Source: Eledone cirrhosa (taxonomy: Eukaryota). Taken from it: a stretch of DNA of 64,000 bases. Shown here one piece after another: positions 27,901-38,989 of the stretch; the first letter of the stretch is position 1; every line of letters begins with the position of its first letter. The position numbers and the translations under genes are program-made. The stretch spans positions 141,174,001 to 141,238,000 of the forward strand of contig OZ024741.1 of NCBI GenBank assembly GCA_964016885.1. The letters are read 5' to 3'. The notes below the pieces were generated by a model. That model did not search any database and was not told the DNA's origin. It saw only the letters and a list, made by a program, of their open reading frames with translations.

Positions 27901-28204
27901 ACAATCTGTCTGATAATGTGGAATTTTCGGTGAATCTCTTCAACCTATTTTCGTGTTTACCAATGCCTTGTGCGTAGAAAAACGTATGTGTGTTTTTACG
28001 TTTGTGCCTGTTCTCTCATTCGGCACTTCAACATACTTCAACAAATTCAATATATACTAGGCGCAAATTGAGCGGCTAAAATCAAAGTGGTGTCCCTGCT
28101 TGGACTCGATCTATTGACTCGAATCAGTGAATGTGTATGCGTTCATGTTCTGGTATCCTTTTTATAATTGTGTATTCATGGCTCGAGGGAATATTTGTTA
28201 TTGT

Positions 28205-28515
28205 GATCCTACGTCGGTTCTGCTGACGAGTGATCTAGTTGTTCAAACAACGCAACAACCTGCTCGTGAAATTAACGTGCAAGTGGCTGAGTATTCCACA
28301 GAAACGTGTACTCTTAGCATGGTTCATGGGGATACTCGGCGTGATACAGTTCGTAATACGTCTAGCCCTTTAAATTAACATTATAACTATTATTTTTCCA
28401 GTTGAATAGAAGGAGCAACCTGAAATAGAGAGATTTGCTCAAGACACCATGTGCTTCAGAAGTATCGAACACATGAATAGAGTGTGGCGCGTCAAGCACC
28501 CTCAGCATTAAGCTA
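28205..28515 (-). mobile_element. SINE family B
   Basis: CCTGCTCGTGAAATTAACGTGCAAGTGGCTGAGTATTCCACAG core. Confidence 0.7.
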
Positions 28516-30832
28516 AACGCATTCCAACCGATATACACTGTTCATAAGTGACGAATATATCAAATATTTCTCAAATGGTATTCCATATAATTTATTGAAA
28601 TATCATTATATAAACATGCAAATATCTTCCTGCTTAAAAACAAATGGCTTTCGTATCATTTCGACTTATTTTCCATTCCATGTTTTAGAGTTTTGAAACA
28701 TGACATCAAAAATGAATATTGGATATTGGTGCTATGCATTTTTCGCTTGTTTCAATTTCATAAGACATCAACTACAATTTATTACTATTAGCTTTTTCTT
28801 TATATTTTTATATTTTATTCGGCAGTAATTTAAGGTAGTGAAAGAACGTAAATCATTTCAGTTTAATGCTATTATTTTCTCTTCAATAACATCTATTGAT
28901 TTTCTTAAGCCATTCTCGTACGTTTTAGTAATATTTTCCTCCTTAATTACCGCATTCTGTGAAAAATGTGCAGTGTGTTATTAACAAAACAGAACATCTA
29001 TTAACAATATGCAAAAGAGCAAGTTTCAAAATATTGACATTGTAACGTCCATAATTTGATAGAAAGTAATGAATTCATATTTTTAAGAGGACTGCTTCGT
29101 TTAGCACCATAAAATAAAATAGCATTTAACAAAACATATAAGCATTATATGGTTTAAATAAAATGTTTTCTCACATAATTAGTATGTCTTAATGCTATGT
29201 ATGTATGTATGTGCGTTTGTGTCTATAAGTGTAGTGTGACATACTTATACAAACATATATATAAAAGCACTTGTACGTAATTACATGTACAACGCAAAAT
29301 CCCAATGATGAGTGAATATTAATTGTTCTTTTACTTCTTAGCATTGTTTAATATAAGAAGAAATGAATAAAATGTTATATATTTTACAATAAAAATAAAA
29401 ATAGGGAGTGGATAAACTCTACATTCTTGCTTAGACGCTATATTTCAGAGACAAGGAAACAAACGTATTGCTGGAGAAATCAGTCAACGATATGCACTGC
29501 ACCAACCATTTAACCTCGTGAGGCTTCGTCCTCAGTTTTGATGACAACATCCAGATTTAGCGCAGGAATTCTGTGGATGGTGACCGACAGAAAAAGAAAT
29601 AGAGCAATCTGTACCTGGTATTTAGTCATCTTCCGCGTCTATATGTCAGTCTATATGCCACATAGGTTAGCTTTCCCTTTCATCCTTACGAGGCCGATAA
29701 AATAAAGTACCAGACACGCACTGGAATCGATTTAATCGACTTTTCCTTCCCCAAAAATGTATTGGCCTTGTGTCTGAATCAGAAACCATTATTATTATGT
29801 CATTCATTAGAAGGGTAGGCTGGTAGTATTGTTAGAGCATCAGGCAAAATAATTTGCAGCATTTATTTACGGTCCTTTGTGTTACAAGTTCAAATCCTGT
29901 ATATCACTAGAATAACTTCCGAATAGTAAATTGTTGTACATTAATACATTATATGATGGCTATTTTGATTTTTTCTTCACACTGAAAATATTTTCTAACA
30001 TAACCTAACTGTCGATTACGGACAATGTGTTCCATTTATTTTATCAACCTCATAGCCTGCTCGTCAATTGATGGGCATGTATATGAGCATTCCACAGACA
30101 CGTGGAACCTTAACGTAAATCTCATGGGATTTCACTGTGAACCCATGCACATCAAGCCCTTTGAATTACAGTATCAAATCATATTCTACTAGCGAAGTGG
30201 ACAAGTGAATGTAAATAAAGCGTCTTGCGCACATCGCCGGGAATCGAACTCCTGCGCAAGTAGGCCAGCCACCTTCACAAATAACTTAACATTCAGTAAA
30301 TACACTTCCGTTTTAATACATTACTTCACATATGATCCCAGCCTAGTAATTAAGATTTCATTTATCATGCGACCAGAAGATTCTCTATGCTCTCAGGATT
30401 GTGTAACTTCTATCAAAATATACCTCGATGTAATAATTGAAATGAAGGGAAATTAATATCATATGTTGAAAATATCAAAATATTCACGAGTAGTGGCAAT
30501 ATTACTGTAAATTATTTCATGTCTGCAACTAAAAGAGCTTAATAATTATTGTGTTGTTGGTGTTTCCTAATCATCATTTATCAAGCAATCATAATTAAAG
30601 CCAATTGATCTATGACTGCGTACTTTTTGTCAGACAAGTTTGACAACATCTATTGTGTTTGGGGTTTTTTGTCATGTATCATTTAATCGTTTCATTCGTT
30701 AATTTTCAAATAGTTTTGAAAATATATATTTGAATTGATTTAATAATATATCGAACATTCTCATTATTAATTTATTTCGATCATTACGTGTCTAAAAGCA
30801 TGATGAAAATGTATTAGATAAATATCTTAATC

Positions 30833-31016
30833 ATTGGCAGTATCGGTAGAGGGTTGGACGCCATGCTTTGACGCATAGAGTTACGGCCCTTGCCATTCTG
30901 AGTTCAAATCCCGCCGAGGTTAACTTTGCCTTTCATCCTTATGGGGTCGATAAAATAAAGTACCAGTAATGTACTGGGTAATTGCTGGCCTTGTGCCAAA
31001 AGTAGAAACAATTATT
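30833..31016 (+). mobile_element. SINE family A
   Basis: Near-consensus full copy. Confidence 0.85.
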
Positions 31017-31585
31017 TCACTATATTTCAATAAGAGAATTTACTCCGATTTCCAAGTAGTTTAAAACATAAATGAAGACTGTGAAGGGATTCAATAATAT
31101 AGCTATTTTTCCAATTTCCAAACTAGGATCTTTATTTAGATGAATAAATACATTTAAAACCGAGTTGTGTAGCGTAGAACCGGCGACGACTTGAGGCTAT
31201 TTGGTATCAGGGGGCTTAAGATGTAACTGTTATTTAATCACACTAGGACATCAAAAATATGTTTTATTCGAAGAATGTGATTGCATTCAAACATGTAAGA
31301 AAAAATATACATCATATTAAAAAGAAACCATGATATATTAAATATCGCTGAAGCGAATATCCATTCACGAAATTTATTTAATAGTTTTTATTTTCGATAT
31401 ACATCATACTGCCAACAGCCAAATCAATAATTCCAATCACAACTTTACAGAACATCTATTATCATAATTATCCCGATTATAGAGGATTTGTTATACAAAT
31501 AGTATATTGATATGTTTTGTTTATACAATTTTGATAGTAATTATCGTTTTAGATCATTTGGTGCACACACACACGCACACGTATG

Positions 31586-31647
<62 letters not shown>

Positions 31648-31724
31648 CGGGAGTGGGGCCTGTCTGATCCTGTGAGTACACATGAAACTTCAGAGTGAAA
31701 CAGTAACCATACTTATCACTTAGA

Positions 31725-31777
<53 letters not shown>

Positions 31778-31780
<3 letters not shown>

Positions 31781-32127
31781 AATCTGAGTTTTTCGAATAT
31801 TAATAATAACATTCGATTCGTTTGAAATTATGCAAACAAGCCTCAATTTTATAGCCATGTCAGTTGAATGAACACTTCATTCTTGCTCTTATGTTGGCAT
31901 GCGAACGGAACTGAAGACACTAATGTTTCTGGGTATCACCCTTCATCAGTACAGCTCACTCTTCGCCTGCCAAACTGTGAAATCTAGTGAAAATATATGC
32001 TATTTTCAAAAATACACAGAACAAGAATGAAGTGTTCATTCTACTGACATGGCTATAAAATTGACGCTTGTTTGCATAATTGCAAATGAATCGGATGTTA
32101 TTATTAATTCGAAAAACTCAGATTACA
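31778..32127. mobile_element. Fold-back element with ~110-bp inverted arms and a hammerhead in the spacer
   Basis: 31778-31889 is the reverse complement of 32018-32127. Follows (TA)n at 31728-31775. Confidence 0.7.
31908..31957 (-). ncRNA. Minimal type I hammerhead ribozyme (GUC site), slightly decayed
   Basis: Reverse complement reads GAGCTGTA-CTGATGA-AGGGTGATACCCA-GAAA-CATTAGTG-TC-TTCAGTTC. Stem I 7/8; stem III is one change from palindrome CACTAGTG. Confidence 0.65.
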
Positions 32128-32567
32128 TTTATTGTATTCAGCCATGTAGAGCGAAATTTTCTTTTATATATATATATTGACCAATTAGAACAAAAGGTGT
32201 TTAAATAGGAAACAATGCCTTCAATATATAGAAAGTCTTTCATCAGGAAAAACATGTGTGAAATTAGGATAGAAAAATAATTAATAAAGCCGAGGTGAAT
32301 TGAACAGAAGTGTAGGGCAGTATGTTATCCTACAGGAATATATATACATATATGTGTGTGTTAGCTCAATATGTTTTCGGTTCCTTACAATTCACAATAC
32401 ATAATGTCCGTTTATATAATACAATACTTCTGTCTTTCAAACAGAAGCATTCACATTCATAACCGCCTTGTAAGACAATAGAAATTGAATTTTCATTCGA
32501 CATATTTCTTTCTCACAAGATATATATCTTAGAATTTCAAGGCAGATATATTTCATATTATTATTTC

Positions 32568-32758
32568 ATGGTGGATTGGCAGTATCGGTAGAGGGTCGGA
32601 GGCCATGTTTTGACGTATAGAGTTACGGCCCTTGCCATTCTGAGTTCAAATCCCGCCGAGGTTAACTTTGCCTTTCATCCTTACATGGTCGATAAAATAA
32701 AGTACCAGTAATGCACTGGTTAATTGCTGGCCTTGTTGCGAACATAGAAAAAATTATT
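32568..32758 (+). mobile_element. SINE family A
   Basis: Near-consensus full copy. Confidence 0.85.
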
Positions 32759-32804
32759 AAATTCATAGTCGACACATCATACCAATCTATCATATAAGTA
32801 TCAA

Positions 32805-33027
32805 TATATATATATATATATATATTACGTTTATATATATATATTACATTTATATATATATATTACATTTATATATATTACATACATATTACATAAATAA
32901 TATCTATGAATGTAATATATATATATATGTGTGTGCTTCTTTAATATTATGTATGTAATATATACATATGTGTGAGTATATATATTGTATATATTTGTGT
33001 ATGTATATATATTTATGTGTGTATACA

Positions 33028-33062
<35 letters not shown>

Positions 33063-33376
33063 ATATATGTATGTGTGTGTGTATATATGTATGTGTGTGT
33101 GTATATATGTATGTGTGTGTGTATATATGTATGTGTGTGTGTATACATGTGTGTGTGTGTGTATATATATATGTGTGTGTGTGTATACATATATGTGTGT
33201 GTATATATACATGTGTGTGTATGTGTATATATATATGTTTGTGTGTATATATATATATGTCTATATATGTGTGTGTATATATGATTTGTGTGTGTGTATA
33301 TATATATATGTTTGTGTGTGTTATGTGTGTGTATGTATGTATGTATATATATATATATATATAAACATATATATAC
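32805..33376. repeat. Compound TA/TG microsatellite with a 20-bp higher-order unit
   Basis: GTATATATGTATGTGTGTGT repeated across 33061-33140. Confidence 0.9.
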
Positions 33377-33378
33377 AT

Positions 33379-34171
33379 CAGTATTTAGCGATAATCATCA
33401 TCAGTGCCTGAGGTATCTGTCAGGTTGCCAGTTCTAAAGAATGCTCAAACTGATTCAAAAATGCGGAAGTAAATTACCGCCAAAAAAAACAATACATGCG
33501 CATGACAATGAATTCTAAAAGGAATTCAGGCCACGTGGTAGAGCTCAATTGGAAATTGAAAAAATATCTGTGTGAACAACATTTGATGACCCACACAGAT
33601 ATTTTCTCGGGCAAAATAACAGAATATAAGGAACAATCAATATTCATATATAAAAAAATAAACAAAGAAAGCCTAACCTTATACCGGGAAATTCAAATCT
33701 GTTGCACCAAGAGTAAATAAATAAATACAATATCGGAGAAAGCTTTTTAGCGATACTCCGGCCAAATTCCAACTCACTCAACAAACATTAGGAAATAAGT
33801 GATTATATTCCCAATTATGCGTTCGGGGTGCTAACTAAAAGAATTGCGTGGAAAATTGGCTGTATTATTTCATATGAGACATATCGAATATATCTCTTCC
33901 CAGACGGATGTCTCGTTTCATTATAGTATTCCTACAATTTGGGTTAAATTATACCAATTTATGTAGGAGCTTGTATACCATCAATAGATATATATTCAAG
34001 TGGGCTCCTATAATTCATCAGTGGTTGCCCCAATAATACTAATATTGATAATCTAACCAACATAGTATTTAGCGATAATCATCATCAGTGCCTGAGGTAT
34101 CTGTCAGGTTGCCAGTCCAGCAGTTCTAAAGAAATGCTCAAACTGATTAAAAAATGAGGAAGTAAATTACC

Positions 34172-34174
<3 letters not shown>
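33379..34174 (-). mobile_element. Penelope-like remnant with ~105-bp terminal direct repeats between microsatellites
   Basis: 33379-33482 is repeated at 34063-34174. Internal 33735-33960 is similar to 45337-45570. CTGATGA plus a stem-loop on the minus strand near 34035-34090. Confidence 0.5.
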
Positions 34175-34210
<36 letters not shown>

Positions 34211-34363
34211 ATAAATGCTCTGAAATAGCGATATATATGTGAATATAGACATAGAATATTCGAAAATATTCTGTATGTTTATAATAAACATTTTGAAGAC
34301 CTAATCGCTATAGAATAGAATACGTCACGTATTACAATTAGATTCTCGATAAAAGCAAGGGAA

Positions 34364-34406
34364 GTAATCTACGCGTTTCATTCTTGTTAGAAATCATCAG
34401 GACTAC
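34364..34406 (-). ncRNA. Minimal type I hammerhead ribozyme (tandem unit 1)
   Basis: Exact reverse complement of 35150-35192. Confidence 0.85.
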
Positions 34407-34673
34407 ATATCCAGTGCTTTTATCGAGAATGACACAGCTAGAGACTTATAGAATACTTAGCTGTGTACAGGAACTGGTTTGAAAGAGCGGTTGCCGGTCC
34501 GGCAGAAATTAGAAATTGGAATAAATGCTCTGAAATAGCGATATATATATGAATATAGACATAGAATATTCGAAAATATTCTGTATGTTTATAATAAACA
34601 TTTTGAAGACCTAATCGCTATAGAATAGAATACGTCACGTATTACAATTAGATTCTCGATAAAAGCAAGGGAA

Positions 34674-34716
34674 GTAATCTACGCGTTTCATTCTTGTTAG
34701 AAATCATCAGGACTAC
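34674..34716 (-). ncRNA. Minimal type I hammerhead ribozyme (tandem unit 2)
   Basis: Exact reverse complement of 35150-35192, 310 bp from the previous copy. Confidence 0.85.
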
Positions 34717-35149
34717 ATATCCAGTGCTTTTATCGAGAATGACACAGCTAGAGACTTATAGAATACTTAGCTGTGTACAGGAACTGGTTTGAAAGAGCGG
34801 TTGCCGGTCCGGCAGAAATTAGAAATTGGAATAAATGCTCTGAAATAGCGATATATATGTGAATATAGACATAGAATATTCGAAAATATTCTGTATGTTT
34901 ATAATAAACATTTTGAAGACCTAATCGCTATAGAATAGAATACGTCACGTATTACAATTAGATTCTCGATAAAAGCATATTTTCGAATATTCTATGTCTA
35001 TATTCACATATATATCGCTATTTCAGAGCATTTATTCCAATTTCTAATTTCTGCCGGACCGGCAACCGCTCTTTCAAACCAGTTCCTGTACACAGCTAAG
35101 TATTCTATAAGTCTCTAGCTGTGTCATTCTCGATAAAAGCACTGGATAT

Positions 35150-35192
35150 GTAGTCCTGATGATTTCTAACAAGAATGAAACGCGTAGATTAC
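35150..35192 (+). ncRNA. Minimal type I hammerhead ribozyme
   Basis: GTAGTC-CTGATGA-TTTCTAACAAGAAT-GAAA-CGCG-TA-GATTAC. Stem I GUAGUC/GAUUAC, stem II UUCU/AGAA, palindromic ACGCGU stem III. Predicted cleavage after 35186. Enclosed by a 16-bp inverted repeat ATTCTCGATAAAAGCA/TGCTTTTATCGAGAAT. Confidence 0.85.
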
Positions 35193-36900
35193 TTCCCTTG
35201 CTTTTATCGAGAATCTAATTGTAATACGTGACGTATTCTATTCTATAGCGATTAGGTCTTCAAAATGTTTATTATAAACATACAGAATATTTTCGAATAT
35301 TCTATGTCTATATTCACATATATATTCACATATATAAGTGAACAAACGTGCATATTCAGACAGGCATTTTGGAGACTTGGCATCCTTAAGGACTGAGTGG
35401 GTGAAGAGGGTGTATATAAGTAGAAAGGTGGTGACAGGATTTCTAAATTTCTACTTGATCATTACATCGGACCGTTGGAGTATCCAAGCTGAAACTCCAA
35501 GCCAAATCCACTTTTTTTCTACTCTACACAACAGTATTAACTGCTTATTCAGATAATATTTGAACATTTTAAATATTAAGATATTTTTAAAAAGTTATAT
35601 AATTACATACATATGTGGATGGAGGGGCAAGGGTAAATGCATGTATGTGTGTTGATGTATGTATGTGTGATTCATAAATCATGAAATTGAATTTTTACCT
35701 AATCAGTGATTAACGTCCATAAACTAGAATGTAAGCAAAGAATGAAGAACAACACAACGTGAATGAAAATGAAATCAATATTTGACTTGATAATAATAGT
35801 TTTATCGTGCATAACATTGAACTACGAATGCAGAAACCAAATGGCAATCACGTAGAATGCTCAGCTTCATATATTTTCAAAATACGGTAAAAGATATTCA
35901 TAGATTTCCAATAATTAATAAGCCAATATATTTCTAAGATAGAAAGTTTAGTTTAAATTCTCTGAAACATTGTTAGAGAGTTTACTGCTCTCTGCCTGTA
36001 CAGGAGTGCCAATTTATCGATTTGAAAGAATTAACATGAAATATATTTATTTAAAAATCAAAAAAGACAATTAATTTTCGGCTCCATCACATAATCATAT
36101 AAATGCACATAAACTCACAGACACTCATATATATGGATATCCATACATACATATATATTTATATATATGTATCTATGTATGTATACATAGATAGGACAAC
36201 ACACGCTGTCTTTTCGTGGAGTAAGTTTTTAATTAATTTTTGTTTCTGAAACATCAAAATACAACAATTTTTTGGGTCACTGGACTCGGGAATGTCACGA
36301 CAGAAGTTTGTGGAAGTTACACAAATATTTTCGTATATTTTACCAGAGCAATCCTTATTTATATTTTACATTTTACATTTTACATTTACTTACATCTCAA
36401 TATAACATGGCTAAAATTCAAATTTTGCAAACAGAAGAACACGGACAAATGAACTAGAAATATCTCACTGCCCCCCCCCCCCCCCCACCACCACCACAAT
36501 AACATCTACACTCTCTTCCCACCATCACATGTCATTATCCTATCTAGACTAAAGTCCCCGACCTGTTGTCAAACTCTCTACTCTGTGTTGAATGTGTGTA
36601 TATATATATATATGTATATGTGTGTATATACATCACTCAGTCAAACGACCAGATTTCAACCCCAACACCGGCACTAATGTTTACAGCAACAACATCTTCA
36701 GAATGAATTGAAATGAACATTTACAACAACAACAACAGGGCATCAAACGATTAAAAAAAAAACAACAAACAAAAAACTCAAAATAACAAAACACACACAC
36801 ACACGCACACAACACAACAACAACATCAACTGCCACCTCCACCACCACGACCGCCGCCATCACCATCACCAGCGACCGGGCCTTAAGAAAACAACTTTAA

Positions 36901-37317
36901 TAATAATAATTGTTTCTACGTTAGGCAGAAGACCAGCAATTTACCAGTGTATTACTGGTACTTTATTTTATCGACCCCGTAAGGATGAAAGGCAAAGTTA
37001 ACCTCGGCGGGATTTGAACTCAGAATGGCAAGTGCCGTAACTCTATGCGTAACTTTAATAATAATAATTTTCTGCTTTTGGCACGGATCCAGCGACTGGT
37101 CCAGCGCATTATTGGTGCTCTCTTTTGTTGACTCCGTGGGGATGAAGTGCGAGGTTGACCTCGGCGGGATTTAAACTCAGAGCGTGAAGAGCCATAGATC
37201 TATGCTGTAAAGCAATTATAATAATTGTTTCTACGTTTGGCACAAGGCCAGCAATTATCCAGAGCATTACTGGTACTTTATCGACCCCGTAAGGATGAAA
37301 GGCAAAGCTAACCTCTG
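36901..37317 (-). mobile_element. Cluster of three head-to-tail SINE family A copies
   Basis: Copies at about 36901-37050, 37058-37213 and 37219-37317. Confidence 0.8.
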
Positions 37318-37405
37318 GACTGTAATAAGAACGGCTTCAACTATACGAACTCTTGAAAGTCAACAGTTGACATAATCTTGTAATTTTGTATCAGTAATGA
37401 TGGTA

Positions 37406-37436
<31 letters not shown>

Positions 37437-37814
37437 AAATTGAGGTTGGTAATGGCACATGGAACATATAAGAGACAGAATACTTTTTTGTGAAAGGCAC
37501 ACAGCAGTCAACTTGCGGCTACCAAGATGAAAACTGCTATGAAATCCCACAATGAATTTTATACTTGAATTTTCAAATCTCAAATTTTAACTCTTCTTAT
37601 TATTAATTTTTCTTAATATTAATCAACATTTGAAAAGATGGCTTTTACAGACCCATCGAAACCGGTCATTTTTTATACCCTTTATTATTTCCTTACCTTA
37701 TAAAATTATATGTTTTTTCACAAAAAAGTATTCTGTCTCTTATATATTCCATGTGCCATTACCAACCTCAATTTTCTCTATAACCTTCGTTTTGTGTAGT
37801 AAATTACACTTTTC

Positions 37815-37854
<40 letters not shown>

Positions 37855-38002
37855 AAGTGAGTAGCGTGTGTGTGTTTGTTTGTATGTATGAGTGTTGCTG
37901 TTTGCGCGCGTATGTATGCGTGTGTGTTCGCGCGTATGTATGCGTGTGTGTTCGCGCGTATGTATGCGTGTGTGTGCGCGCGTATGTATGCGCGTGTGTG
38001 TA
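37815..38002. repeat. Microsatellite with a 24-bp higher-order unit
   Basis: CGCGCGTATGTATGCGTGTGTGTT occurs about 4 times. Confidence 0.85.
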
Positions 38003-38345
38003 TGTCGTACGTATAAGTGTCAATAAGTGATTTTTTTTGCGCGCGCGCGGGGACATAGAAATAATCGGGCTGGATGCCCGATCGCGCAGTTAAACCACTG
38101 GGAGTGAAGAACCCCTAGCCCTAGTCAGAGCATTCTTCTAGGAGAAGGCATCTCAGGAAACTGGGTTAACTCCGACATAAAACCTGCGGCTCAGTAGTTA
38201 CCGATGATGTTGATCTTTTCTTCTTCTCGGGTTATAGCTACTGTCGCTCAGAGAGTGGGATTGGCTCAGTGCACAGTCTTTCCTCACTTTAAAAATATTC
38301 GTCACGCACAGGCATTGCACGATTGCATTAATAATTATTAATAGT

Positions 38346-38402
<57 letters not shown>

Positions 38403-38403
<1 letters not shown>

Positions 38404-38778
38404 GAAGCGTTCCAAAAAGCATGAAGGGGCCAATTTTCTTTAACCATCTCTGGAAACTTTTTGAGATAGTACCTAGTGCGCCTATGACAATCGGGACCAC
38501 TTTGACTTCATGGCAGTTCCAAATCCTTTTTCCCTCCCACTTTAAGTCCTGGTATCGGTTAATTTTCTCCCTCTCCTTCTCTTGCACTCCCGTGTCGAAT
38601 GGGCAGGCCACATCCACAATCAGGCACGATCTTTTGTCGTTGTCCAAAACCACCAGGTCAGGTCTATTGTGTTCCAGTTTCTTGTCCGTCTGTATCCTAA
38701 AATCCCACAGCACCTTCACCTGATTGTTTTCTATCACCGACTCTGGCTTATGCTCATAACCACTTCTCAGAATGTGGT
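38403..38778 (-). mobile_element. Fragment of an R4/Dong-type non-LTR retrotransposon (restriction-like endonuclease domain) nested in the RTE 5' region
   Basis: Translation YEHKPESVIEN..VLWDFRIQTD..NRPDLVV..IVDVACPFD..EKINRYQDL..VVPIVIGALG (PD-(D/E)xK-type). Flanked by (TTA)n at 38346-38403 and 38781-38824. Confidence 0.85.
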
Positions 38779-38989
38779 AAATTGTTATTATTATTATTAT
38801 TATTATTGTTACTATTATTATTACTTTTTTTTTCTTTTTTTCCCTCCAATTCAATGATGTTCCAGAACAATATAAAAGAGATAATTGGCAATTTAGGTTC
38901 TGGAACAAAAAAGATAATTGGCAATAAGGGCAGAGGCCCCAGGTTATCACAGCCTGGGCCCGCTCGTCATCGTGCCATTGTAATAGAGC

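Larger units (their letters stand above)
34205..35325. mobile_element. Hammerhead-containing tandem/inverted element (non-LTR retrozyme-like / Penelope pLTR-derived): about 2.5 direct 310-bp units followed by about 1.1 inverted unit
   Basis: ATTGGAATAAATGCTC recurs at 34205, 34515 and 34825 (period 310). Units appear identical by eye except one base near 34549. The reverse complement of the unit occupies 34978-35325. Left flank is (TA)n at 34175-34206. Confidence 0.85.

Noticed and set aside
30833-31016. tRNA genes
   Set aside because: The A/B-box-like motifs belong to SINE heads; there is no complete cloverleaf.
34205-34977. CRISPR-like array or plain satellite
   Set aside because: Whole 310-bp units repeat with no unique spacers, the context is eukaryotic, and an HHR element explains the structure better.
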